From NCBI GenBank assembly GCA_002633005.1, contig NMRA01000148.1:372001-436000 (forward strand): a stretch of DNA of 64,000 bases. The letters are read 5' to 3'. This document shows positions 36,110 to 48,720 of this stretch, one piece after another (positions within the stretch are counted from its first letter, which is position 1; the number at the start of each line of letters is the position of its first letter). The position numbers were made by a program, and so were the translations under genes. Below the pieces are notes generated by a model. It saw only the letters and a list, made by a program, of their open reading frames with translations, was not told the origin of the DNA and ran no database searches. This DNA comes from Phoronis australis. Lineage: Eukaryota > Animalia > Phoronida.

Positions 36110-39100
36110 CTACTTCCTTCGTCCATGTTTCTTCCGAGGCTCGTTCGGATTCCTGCGATTAAAGCTGTGCCCACCATCACGAATACCCAGTTGAGCGGCT
36201 CGACTTGTTATGTCGTTTATGCGAAACGGTGATGCCTTAGCCACATAGTCAGGGTCAAAAACGTCTATTCTACCCCTGCCAGACTTGGCTGCCCTCTGTT
36301 GGGGTAATCTTTGATCAGCGCAGAGTATTGGATTGCTAGCGTGTTTACCTCCTTTGGGTGCAGGTAGAGAGTACTGAAATATACAAATCAGAAGCACGTA
36401 ACACATCACATGTTAGATGGATAGTCTCGTCCAAGGCAGTTATTTCACTTTCCACAAAACAGCAGAACAGACAAGGAACCAACAAAACTAAATATTTGAA
36501 GTTAGAGCAGATTTGATACAAGAAACCATGAAATGGAGATCAACACGAGAGTGCCATCAACGAAACGTATACTTCGCGAACAAAGGAGACCAACAATTTG
36601 AAGCTTTCAAAGTGTCTTTAAGAATATCAATTCCCAATTTGATGAAGAACCCCGGTGGCTCTACATGGATAATAGTCACTTACAGTAGCCCTGCAATTTG
36701 AGCACCAGTTTTCTCCAATGAATATCCGGCATACAACTAGATGTCAAAATACGAGACAACTGTAAGCGACTACTGCCTCAAAGTGCTCTGTTGTACCTCC
36801 AACCAAAAGCTGACCAAGACGATACTAAGTTACAACGTGACAACACCAAACACAACAGCACTACCTTCATGCCTTTAGTGCAGATGGGGCGCCGCCGAGA
36901 GATGTAGTATCGCGTATTGCCCTCATCGTCGACAGTCATGGAGATCTTTTGCAGCGTCTGGTTACCACAAGATGGACAGAACGTCTTCGTAATGTCTGTG
37001 CAAATTCTAGGAAAGATCAGAATAGCACGCTTAAAAATATAAAACAGGCAGGATCAATACGTTGTACTGTGAATGGAACCATCAAATAAAAGTATAGAAA
37101 TAAAACAATTCTACATTGAAAGTTGAACTGCACTTGTTTTTATTTTTTAAGTTTGCAGACAAGATGCAATAACTGTGAATAAAGATAAGGTCCGAGGTCC
37201 TAGCTTTGCACTAGAAATTATTTTTGACATTTTCTGTTCTTTATTGCAAACAAAAGATAAGCGAATTATTCTGCGCCATAGTACGTTTTGGCATACATGG
37301 ATGACTGTCTTAATCCTAGTTTGCACTTAATGACCCTAGCATGAAAGCTGTAAGTGTCTGAACTTGAAATCTCAAAGTTGAGGGTCATCAAGTCTGAACT
37401 TGTACTGGACACTGATAAAAGAAAATCGCAATATGCTTGAGCACACAGCAATAAGAACTATTCTTGAACTGGTACTAAAGCAGAACGGAATTTGTTATAA
37501 ATAATTTTCAGATAGATTTTATGTATAAAGATTAGACCTTAGAACGTGGGTGGAATAAAAAATACTTGAATCAGTGAATACATCAGAGAAACATTTAGAC
37601 CTGCATGAATAGAAGTGTCGTTAAGTGAGAATACAGGTAATGTTTTTTGTTTTGATCTCTGACATCATTTCAACTTGCATTACAAACTTTTTAGGTCACG
37701 ATGCTTTGAAATCAAGATTCTGACAAGGGAGACAAGTTTTGCAAAAAATGCCAACGACCACTTTAGAATTGAGTTAGCAGCTCCCATTATTCAAACCAGT
37801 GTTACCAATGTCTCAGCAATGGAACGGTAAGAAGTTGATTTCATGCCTTCTCATATGGCAGAATTATGGTCATCATTGACATTGCACACTGGAGCCACCT
37901 GAAGTCCGGCAAGGGAATTACAAGGTTTCACAAAATGAACTTTTAGTCCGACGAAGTATTACTTGAACAAGCTTGTATCTTTATTTCACCTCGGTGCTTT
38001 AGAACTCACTTGAAACAGCCATAGCAGCGGAACACATAACTCCTGGCTTGCTTTATCAACATTCCGTCTATGGAGACAACATTAAGTCCCATTTGAATGA
38101 GGACATTCTATAAAGAGATACGAAACATAGTATCACACCAAATAACAAGACGAAAAGAATGTCAATCAGGCCTAATTGACATTACGTTTCCCTACCCGCA
38201 ACCACCCGTATATCAACACAATTGTTTTATTTGTAATCCTGCGCAAAATATTTTAGTATGAAATCAGAACACCTAAGCCACAAAACACAAACCTACTTAA
38301 TCATCTTACGATTCAGTGAGAGCGAAGGGGAAATCACAACATGTTGTACAGCCTGGGAGGGTATTTCAGCAGCAGCGAACGAAAATAAATTTTATACCCA
38401 CGGAGGAAATTTCACCAGCCATAAACAACAATAGCTTGGACAGCAACAGGCACATGCTGAATAGAGAACTATGTGCGATAACATTAAAGATGGTAATTCA
38501 ATGCTGCTATGAACACATATTCTGTCAAAAACTAACATGATTTAAACATATCACTATCAAATATTAACAACAAAACCAGGCTCAATAATTTGGCTTAAAA
38601 TAAAGTCATTTTATGAGCCAGTCATGGTGTAAAGCAATGATGAACTACAAGTCTTTCCCAAGTCAAAAGTTGCTTCCCATCAGATTAAGAAACAAGTTGA
38701 GGTCAGTTTTACAGTCGTGATTGAAATCAAGTCAGTCTCTGTGCCAGTAAGCACATTTATAATAGTCTTCAACAAGAGAATGTTCCTTTTTGAAGGCATT
38801 TTGGAAAACTTGTCATACCCAACAAACTATGAAAGGCATTTTGGACCTTTTCTGAATAATGAAAGCAAAATAATATCAGAAGTGCCACGCTGTGATCATC
38901 AAGTTCTGATGTCATCCAGTCAAGTAAGCAGTTTTCTCTCACAGCTGCACTCTTTGGCCGACATACCCAACAATTTTCAGTAACAGCCCCAGAACATAAC
39001 TTGCATACTGACTTGAGCAATGGTGCCATGCAGATATAATAAAAGCAATAAAAAAGCAATCCAGATCACTGTGTTTGCATTGCCCAACATATTCACAGAA

Positions 39101-42100
39101 CCACACTTGAGGTGTGATGAATTGAACATGTAGAATTTCTGATTAAAAAAAGACCAAAATTAGCTTTCACAGTATTAAAAGTAAAACATGTTAAGGTGAC
39201 CAAAAGCACCTACAAAACATAGCAACACCCCTCTGATTTGCCTAGTTAAACCAAACTCTGCCGCACCATATATAATATACATAGCAACACCACCTTTGAT
39301 TTGCCTAGATAAACCAAACTCTGACGCACCATATATAATATACAGTAATGATACGAGTGAAGATCAACTTTGTAGCTGAGCTCAGAGTCTTGGTGTAATC
39401 TTTAACAAAGTTCATACGAACGAGACATATCTCATCACAGCTCAAGAGCCAAAGCATTCCACTCACAAGTCTATGCTAGTCACACTATACAACAGACACC
39501 TGTCAATCCAACACCAACACACCTGCATTGCAAAATCTGTCGTTAGGCAACCGACTGCTACGTTGGCTTTTTCACAGTTTTTATCACCCATCTCTTTCTT
39601 AACTTGTTTTATATTATTTGGCGTAATCCACCCCTCATCATCATCATCATCATCATCCTCTTCTTGACCTTCTTCTTCTTCATCGAATTCTAAACAGTCC
39701 TCTGGCATAACACTACCTTCTGTGAATCTGATTCTCAAACCCTCATCATTGTTGCTATCACAATTTGTGTGACCTGAGGTCACAGGTGTCACAGAGTTCT
39801 CAGATGGGTCGATATTTTCGTCCCCCTTAGTCCTAAGTTGCCGTGAATTTGATAGAGGTTCACCTGTTTCACAAGTCTCCTTACTGTTATTCACTTCTTG
39901 GTCCTCAGCACTTTCTGAAGTTCTGTTTTGCGATTGGTGCGACTTCTGCAATAAAGGAATTATCAACCCATCTAAGTCACACTACCAGGGCCCACTTCAT
40001 CAAAGGTTGTTAGTGCAGTTGTAGCCAACACGGTGGCATGAATGTTATCGCAACACTCAAAGATGAGTGAAAAAGTTACAAAATTTAATATTTAAACTTA
40101 ACAACCGCTTTCACAAGCCATGTTAATGAACTGTCTGCAAACTGAAGTCTCAGCAACAATTACAACCATTGATAATACAGGACCCTGAATTACAACCACA
40201 CTTATATGGCCATTATGGTGGACGTGTATAATTGCAATAGCAAGCGACGTTTTGTTTTGACATTACACTTGTTGGAAGAAAGAAATCCCAGTTCCCCAAA
40301 AGTCGCCATGTCACATACAAGCATGCATGCTAAGCATTACAGCAAAAAATTTGATGGAGATCAAAATCGAGTGGCAAAAATGGTTAGTGCCAGATTGTGC
40401 TTGCCTCCCTCAGGAGGCAAGCCAGTGTGTGAGATATTGGACGCAAGAGGGAGAAATTTGTCATCACCAAGCCTGCACGACACTCCTAATTTTCTGATCG
40501 CACAAAAAAGGCCATTCGGGCAAATTCGGATGCAACAGCAGTCATTTGCCGAGTTTGCCAGCTTTTCACTTTACGTATCATATTTCATTATAGGCTCTTG
40601 CCAACGAGGTACAACAACCTCAGGTGCTATTGGGTGACCGGGCAATTTTGCCTGCAATTTTGCCACGTTGCATTTGGCAAGTTGACAGCATGTTAAGCGT
40701 CAAGCCCTGGCATGTTACACCATTTCAAACTTATAATATCTATGGCTTTGATGAGGAATATGACATGCGGATATTGAACTTGCTTAATCAAGTCAGGCCT
40801 GCAACTTTAATGTAATGGCATTAATTTACATAAATACCTTCGCCTTGAGATAAAACCCTGCAATGTCAGAGGCCTTCTCCAAGGGTCTGTTGATAGTGGT
40901 GAATTCATTCTGAAAGTGCAGAAATGCAAAACCAAATGTCACAAACATAAGACTATTCTTTCCTTTTCAATCCCTGCACTGACGTACATGAAAACCACAC
41001 AACCCCAATAACTCAAAGGCATCATGAACGTACTCAATTGACGAGATGACCAAAACAGATACAGTAATTCCATGTGTTTTGCACGGAAATAATTGCCAAA
41101 ATAGTCATTTTTCCATTTTTCAATGGCTGATTACCTTTTTGCATATATAATGTTAACTTCAGCAAATGTCTATGACATCTAAACGCTGCAAGCCAAGATT
41201 GTAATAGACTTTTGTGGAAAAATTTAACAAATTTCACGCGTCAGCCATACTGTATACCAAGAAAGTGAAGAACTACCGCAATGTAGTGAAGGACTGAATC
41301 TTGCACGAAGCAATGCGTAAAGTGTTTGTGAACACAGCATTCATTATTACAACAGTAGGTGCAATTTTTAGAACAAGGAGACAATGAAGAAGACTTAAAT
41401 ACAGCTGTGCAGAAACAGCAGTCACATTTCCATACATCAGCGTATGAACTTACTCATCACAAATTGACTTGGCAATATAAATCACTTACACATTATAAAT
41501 CAATAGACTCTTGCATTGATAGCTTTTTGCAAAGCGATCTTGAAAATCCGGATGTACGCACACATAATACACTTTACACAACCAGATCTGTCTGTATGTT
41601 CCCAGTGTATTATGCTAACTCCCTTAGCTGCTCAGGTGTCAACAATGTCATGTCACTTATAATCAGACGAACGAGACATAACTCATCATGGCAGCTATGA
41701 CTTATAAGGTCTTATTACAGTATTCGCAAGAAAGATCAAGTCACATCTACACTCTACACTCACAGTTATATGTAGACTGCAGTCCATCATACACACCAGT
41801 CTCAATATTTTGATGACACAAATCAGATGTTAAATACCATGAGGATAGAATGTATACCTTTGATCCGCTTTAAAATTTTGCAAGAAAAGTCATAAACGGC
41901 GAGAATAATATAGAACTTGCATGATTTAAATTCAGATCGACTTACCAACTTAGCAAACAATTGACACTTTTTCCTGCCTTGTTTAATAGTTTGTATCATG
42001 GTCTGCTTTTATAATCACCAAGACAACAAAAAAAAAAGAGTATTAAAATATTTCCTGTAATTACAGCTGTTCTCACTCTTAAGTTGAGCAACATTGAGAT

Positions 42101-45100
42101 GAACTAAAAACAAATAAATTACAAAACGTCACCTCTGATTTCGATGGCAAACGCAAAAAAACGAGAATACATGGATAACTTACAAATTGTTATCTAGCAT
42201 TACCTTATGCCTTGGCGTCACTCTGATGTGATCACTTCCACAAAACTCCTTCTCTAGTTGGAGAGCTAGCGCAATAACCCGAATGTCAGTTGCAGACAGG
42301 TTGCGGAAATCTCCCGTCTTCTTAGCAAAATCTGTGACTGTAAGAGAGCCACTTTTTACTATTTTCCCATTACCTCCACGATTACACGATGCAGTGCCAT
42401 CATTGAAAGCTATAGTTTTATTTCACGTTTTTAGGGAGAACTCTTTGTTTCTGTTCTTTACTACAAGTAATTAAGTGTTAGGACACTGGAGACCAAGTAT
42501 AGAGTAATTGAAAATATTCACTGCAGCCAACTCCCCACAATTTGACGCTTTTGATTGCAGTTTGACAAAACTAGGCCTAACACAGAACAATAATTGACTG
42601 TGTAGAATCATCCCTTACACTTTTGATACATGGCAATTCCTTGGACAGAAAGTGACTCCGATTTGCAATCAATGAATCAAGGATTAGGTAACTGTCACAT
42701 GTACACAAGACAGCCATTTGTATTATGGTCAAAACAATCAGCCAAAGCATGTAACTAATACAAATGAAATGTTTCTCAAGACCACATCCGTCTATTATAG
42801 ACTACAGGTCATTCACAAAGGCACACAGGCATCGAGAATACAAGCCAGGAGCCCATCATTGCAGCAAATAAAACTATACAATAAAACTTGCATAAGTTGG
42901 ATCCAATCGAGAACGAGATTTCATGCATTAAGGCAAATTCCTTCTTAACCGAATGGCTGAGAACACACAGTAAAAATGTTGGATTTATAAGTTTTACTAC
43001 ATGACGTTTTTATAACAATGAAAACCAAGACCGTTTACAGAATATTAGCATAAAATTACGTCAAGTATGTTATAAATTTTACATCACATACCAGTCTTGA
43101 CGTTTTCTAAAGATGGCTCTCTAAAGTGAAGGGTGTACGGCAGAACTTGAAGTCGTTGGCGGGTTGCCTTGTCACGAATTTCGTCAACAACATCTTCGAT
43201 AGTAAAAATGTTTGTAGCAATAGCCTGAAAGACAACAATGATTCATAAATACCCAGTCTAGTAAATGACATTTACGTCAAAACATTAGCATTGAGAGAAA
43301 ATTAGACGATGGACTACACTAGTGGACCTAAGAAGAACCTCAACTCAACTCAACCACATGAATGAAAAAATCTGCACACTGACAGTATTTTTGTTGTGTG
43401 TGTGTAGGGGTTGCTAGGTCCCCACAACCCAGTCCCTCCCCCCAAGTCTGCCTTAGCATTTGAGTGAAGAGCACACACAATTGTTTCTGTCACTCAAAAT
43501 AGATCAAAGAGTACCCACATACATACACACACCCTACTGAATAAACCTTGAAATGTTTAGAATCAAGGATATATAGAACTTTACCGACAAGTCTTTGTAT
43601 TTAGCCGAAGATATACAAAACTAGATTTGAACTTGCTAAAAGTACATTTTTTCTGAAAGAAGAAAGCCTTTAGAATTAAATATTTTGTTTTTTACCAATC
43701 TGACATTCATTGGGTCCCATTATCATGTCTCTTTTAGAAAATTTTAACAAAAAAGAATGATACATGGACAGCAAAACAACAGTATCAATAACATGACAAA
43801 ATTTCATTTCATATCAATGTTAAGTTTAAAATATCAAAAACAAATTACACTTTTAACGTGTCGCAGTCACGAGTTTGGGTGCACTCATGACCTGTTAAAA
43901 TGTCCGCGACCGTTTGTAACTATATGAAATCTGTTCCAATACGCAACCTCGTGAAAGAAGAACAGTTGATTGAAGAATTGGCAAGAAAAATAGAAACTGG
44001 GCAGCACTGATCGAATATCATGGACCCTGATTTAGAGAACCAGGCAATCACTAAACTGCCCCTTTATTTAGAGTATAAAACTGGTTTTCTCTTAATCAGG
44101 GTCCATTATATCCAGCTAGTGCCAACTGGCCAAAAGGTGACGCAATATTTCATGGTGCCGAAAGCCCACCCGAAAGATCCAGCTCCACAACTTCAGCAGC
44201 AGAAAAATGGTAGAACGCCAATTTTACCAAACACCAGTAATCAATTTAGTTTACTTAAGGAAGAGCGTACTTTATAACGACATTAAATTTGTGTCAGATT
44301 TTATTTGGCCAGTTTTTTTTTACCCACATTGGCACAAAGCTGTATATTTAATATACAGCTTTGTACCAAGGCTACTTCTACTATTCATTATATGCTCGTC
44401 AGACAGTACACGCAACAAGGTCATTAGGCAACACGTAGCCCCTCGCTTTCTGTACTAATTTCGCCCCGTGTATTTTAAATGGGCGATAGGTGAAATCCGG
44501 TCACCGATTAAGAGTTTTCACCTCACCAAAAATACATTCTACACTAGAAACTATCACTTAAAAAAGCGCTTTCTTTCTTCAGATATCCTTTCTGCTTCTT
44601 TCCATATCTTCCATGAAGCATAGCTACAAAAATTAAGGTGACACTGGAGATGAATTTCAACTCCAATTTTTTGGCCACCACTAGTTTGTAACGCGCGTGC
44701 CATAATAACAAAGTATTTCAATTGAGTCACCGGAGTTAGGGAAAGACTAGCGCAAGACTGAGCGAAACGAGTTGACACTTGCAAAATAGTACGGAACTTG
44801 TTAGATTTGTGTCCCTTAGACTTTTTGTTCATCAACAGGCATGATTTCATGTAAATTCCTCAAAATGGCACATGGTGAGAGAACCTCAAGCAAACTACGA
44901 CAGATTTTCATGGATATGTTCAAGTTCCGTTGACTAAATTGTATCGAGACACTGTATGTGTTCATTATAACTCAATGTGTAAATATGCATGATTCATTCC
45001 ATTATATTTGTGTTTTTTGAGATGAATAACTTTTTATGGAGATGTACTATCGCTCTAAACAATTACATCACCCTGAATGTCGCAGACCTACAGGATAGTA

Positions 45101-47243
45101 CATGCCTGCGGCATTCAGGGTGATGTAATTGCCTAGGACGACAGTACATCTCCATAAAAAGTTCTTCATTTCAAAATACAGCAAATAAAATCAAATGAAA
45201 CATGCATATGTGCACACCGAGTTGTAATTAACACAAAACATGACTCTGGATTCAATTTAATCAACAGAATTTGAACATATCCATGAAAACATGTCGAAGT
45301 TTGCTCGAGTCTCTCTCACCGGGTGCCATTTTGAGGAAGTTACGTGAATCACGCCTGTTGACGAACAAAAAGTCTAAGGGACACAAATCTTACTAATTTC
45401 ACCCGATATCTTCCCATGCTATTTCACAAGTGTCACGCGAAAGGTCACGCACTTCGCTCAGTCTCACCTTAGCCTTTGCCTAACTCACGTAACTCATACT
45501 TCGTGGTTATCACACGCACAATGAAAAAGTTAACGGTGATCACTTCTTCCCAAATACAACAAACGATCGTGTTTTCGATCCTTACTTGTGTGCGCATGTT
45601 AGTATAAAACTGAGGTGTGCATAACTGCGAAAAATAACGATAAAACAAAGTGCTGGTTAGTGCCAAGATAAAAACAGATTTTATTGATTACTGTGTAAGA
45701 TTGATGTTCAGGATGTGACCTGTGAACATCTCTATTGTTTCTGACGAGATGATGAATTGTGGGAGTCTGTTCCAGAGTAAAATGGTAGATGGAAAGAAAG
45801 AGTTTGCATAGTACGGTACCGTACGCAGTGTAGATGTATGATCTCTCAAAGGTATCAGAGTGGGAATTATGTGATCTGGAAATATGTAGGAGTGGAAGGT
45901 ATGAGTGGGGAATACCAACCAGGTTATGTACGGTCTTGTACAAGAGGGACAGTTTATTTTGAATTCGTCTTTCCAGAACAGTGGAGTTGAAAGTCTTCGC
46001 CAAAGTCACCTTAATGGTAATAGCTATGCTTCATTGAAGACGTGCAGATGCAGAAAGGGTCACTGAAGAAAGTAAGCGCTTCTTTATGTGACAGGTTTAA
46101 GTAAAGTGTAGAATGTAGTTTTGACGATTCAGATTTCACCTACCGCCCGTTTAAAATACACGAGATGAAATTAGTACAGAAGGGAAGTATGGAGCCCCTA
46201 ACCAGCCAAGCGAGGGTGTACGTGTTGCCTACTATCGCCCTAGGCAACATATAGCCCCTCGGTTGGCCGGTTAGGGTACAGGTGTCCTCAGCTTCTGATC
46301 GTCTCCAATACACTATATATTTCCTACAAGGTACGACACTCCGGACTAAAAATTCAACGGGTACTTCACTTCAGCCATCCATAGCAAACACAAAACTCAA
46401 TAAATTTTCAAAAAAACAGAGGTTCAACAAACCACGTGAGGAATTGTTCTTTCACCCAATACCACTTACAGTGTCCAGCTCCACCGAGTTCGCAACAAAT
46501 TCGCAGTCAAAGCACAAAAATCTTCCCAAAAGTCGCAGCGTGCTAGCAAAATGCCTCACAGAAATTGCCAGTTTGCCACGGAAGGCCACGACATCAATAA
46601 CTCCACACTATGCCAGACCATTTTGTAACCTTCCGAAGTTCTGTGATGAACCAGCATTAGCAATTGCCATCGATTCGTATCTCTTCAGATTATTCCGTAC
46701 CCTACTTGACCTTGACTGCATGTAGCATATTGCTAATTCGCAGCAACTTTTTGAGATTTTAGTGCTTTGACCGCGAATTTGTTGCGAACTCAGTGGAGCA
46801 GGACACTGTAAAAAATGGTTTTCTAGTATTGGGAGAAAGAACAATTCCTCATGGTTTCATTGAACCAGTTTTGAGTAAATTCAGTTTTGTGTTTGCTATG
46901 AACGGCTAAAGTAAAGCACCCGTGGAATTTCTAGTCCGGAGTTTCAAACATTGTAGTATTTTATATAGTGTATTGGGGACGGTCAGAAGCCGAGGACGTC
47001 TGTGGCCAGTGTGGCTGTGGGTTAGGACTAGGACTACGTAGGGGCTAAAAGGTCCTCGGCAATTAAGTCTCAAACGGGACTTTGTCAACGGATATGTGTC
47101 GCGCATAGTAAAATCCACTTGGAATTAATTGTCACGTAAGTCACACGGAAACATCAGATAAGTATTTCACAAACCTTTAAGTTAGCATTTTTGATAAATC
47201 CACCAGAATCCACAACAACGTGTTGCACATTGCTGTTCGACAT
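36110..47243 (-). CDS. NOB1: RNA-binding protein NOB1 (18S rRNA site D/3 endonuclease), about 444 aa. Exons 47175-47243, 43092-43224, 42204-42337, 40838-40909, 39523-39945, 38010-38107, 36865-37006, 36110-36373
   Basis: PIN domain QHVVVDSGGFIKN..AIATNIFTIEDVVDEIRDKATRQRL..FAKKTGDFRNLSATDIRVIAL. Acidic tract then GWITPNN, VGCLTTDFAMQNVLIQMGL, zinc ribbon RCYGCF..FCPSCGNQTL, and YSLPAPKGGKHASNPILCADQ. GT-AG junctions with consistent phase, 1335 nt. Confidence 0.96.
39217..39343. repeat. Tandem duplication of a ~63-bp unit
   Basis: acatagcaacacc..tgatttgcctag.taaaccaaactctg.cgcaccatatataatatac occurs twice. Confidence 0.85.
44425..46231. mobile_element. Long foldback (palindromic) element A in NOB1 intron 1
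   Basis: Ends TAGGCAACACGTA...TACGTGTTGCCTA. Outer arms about 44450-44665 and 45983-46180; inner arms about 44802-45085 and 45105-45390; apex caattacatcaccctgaatg / cattcagggtgatgtaattg. Confidence 0.8.
45640..45980 (-). pseudogene. LINE 3' fragment nested in the right arm of foldback A
   Basis: LERRIQNKLSLLYKTVHNLVGIP and YYANSFFPSTILLWNRLP, a typical LINE ORF2 C-terminus, frameshifted. Confidence 0.7.
46241..47050. mobile_element. Foldback element B with the same TAGGCAACA terminus but different arms
   Basis: Starts TAGGCAACATATAGCCCCTCGGTTGGCC. Arms about 46283-46522 pair with 46755-46998, e.g. gagttcgcaacaaattcgc with gcgaatttgttgcgaactc. Confidence 0.75.
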
Positions 47244-47610
47244 TTTGTTTTCATGATTTTGAGAACGAGGCACTAGCGTAAAGTGAAGTTTAATTCGTCT
47301 TCAAAACAACGAAGGAAATTTTTTTCCGCTTTTATAATAATTATTAAAAATTAATAAATTCTTCTAATAGTTGAAAGAATGCTCAATTTCTTAAATTAGA
47401 GTTTTGGGTTGTTTTTTCAATGATTACCGATTATGTTTTTCATCAAGCTAAATGACGTTTCAAAATCACGTGACTATCCTGAGTTATGGTGGATTTGGAA
47501 AGGACTTTGAGAAGGAGGAAAAGTTTTTACATTTGAAGCCTTTAAAAATTGTCTTTACTCTGAAGCCATATAGCCCCTTGTGTTTCGTGATCAGGATTAC
47601 CTTCAAGGTA
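47244..47610. promoter_or_regulatory. Putative NOB1 promoter, possibly bidirectional with the WWP/ITCH-like gene
   Basis: Lies immediately upstream of the NOB1 ATG. TGACGT at about 47452 and palindromic E-box TCACGTGA at about 47466. Plus-strand donor-like sites at about 47607 and 47949 could end a non-coding first exon. Confidence 0.4.
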
Positions 47611-48217
47611 TACGAATGTACGTTATGACAAAAATACTGGACCTAGAAGTAAATTCCGATTTTGAAATCTGCCCTTGCACTTGCACTTGCAGGCAGTTGC
47701 CAGTTCCAATTCAGTTTTGACCAGCTGAGGACGGTGAACTTGTTGAGACTCTTCCATCTCATGAACGTGAAAGTAAACCGCATAACCATAGAAATTGTGT
47801 TACACGGATTAGTTCAAAATCATCCAAAAATTTCTGCACTTAGTTACGTTTACTAAATCGTAATTCAAAGTAAGGGTTCATAGTGAGACAGTATTCGATC
47901 TGTCTCAGTGAGTTCTGTCAGCAATATTTTATTTGCACTGCTTGCCTGGTAAGTTGTGAAATCACTGGTTTACTGTCATACTCGCCATGTTATCGCCTTC
48001 TTTTTATTATGGTGAGACCATGGCAATAATCTCCCAGATCAGCTGTTAACAATTGAAAAGAGGCACATTACTTGCTTATTTTAATTTTTGGGTGTCCAGA
48101 TGCTGAACAGGGTATCCGAATTTCTGATCTGGCTGTCTTAGACAGAGTGTCTGAATTTGAGTCTGGTTGTCCATTTGGACCACCTGGACACGTGCTAGAT
48201 GAAAGCTTGATGTGACT

Positions 48218-48720
48218 TAGGCAACACATACCCCCTCAGTTGGCCGTTTAGGGGCTACAATACTTCCATTCGCTTTATGTACACATTTTGTTACATATAG
48301 TTTAAATGGGTGTTAACCCAAATCCGGCCACCGATTTTGAGTTTTCACCTCGTCAAAAATACATTCCACACTTAAAATTATCTCTTAAAAAAGCGCTTAC
48401 TCTCTTCAGTGGTCCTTTCTACTTCTATGCATATCTTCGATGAAGTTTAGTTGTGAGAATTAAGGTGAGTTTGGTGAAGAATTTCAACTCCACTTTTTTG
48501 GTTGCCGTTAACTTTTTCACCACGCGCGCGATAACTTTAAGTAGGTCAACTGAGTCACGTAAGTTAGGCAAAGGCTAGCGCGAGACTGAGCGAAGCGCGT
48601 GACACTATCGTGAGACACTTGCAAGTATTTTGAAATGAGTAACTTTTTGTGGGGATGTACTATCGCCTCTGTATGCGTGCGGCATCCAGGGGGATGGCAT
48701 TGCCTAGATGTGACTGTGTA
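48218..48720 (+). mobile_element. Partial (single-arm) copy of foldback element A
   Basis: TAGGCAACACATACCCCCTC start, then gagttttcacctc..caaaaatacatt..aaaaaagcgct..gactgagcgaa, colinear with 44425-44780. Confidence 0.75.

Noticed and set aside
39463-39966. 167-aa acidic ORF as an independent gene
   Set aside because: It is NOB1 exon 5 (GWITP, TTDFAMQ) plus flanking intron.
46282-46844. 147-aa and 78-aa ORFs on opposite strands
   Set aside because: They lie within palindromic foldback element B and show no recognisable domain.
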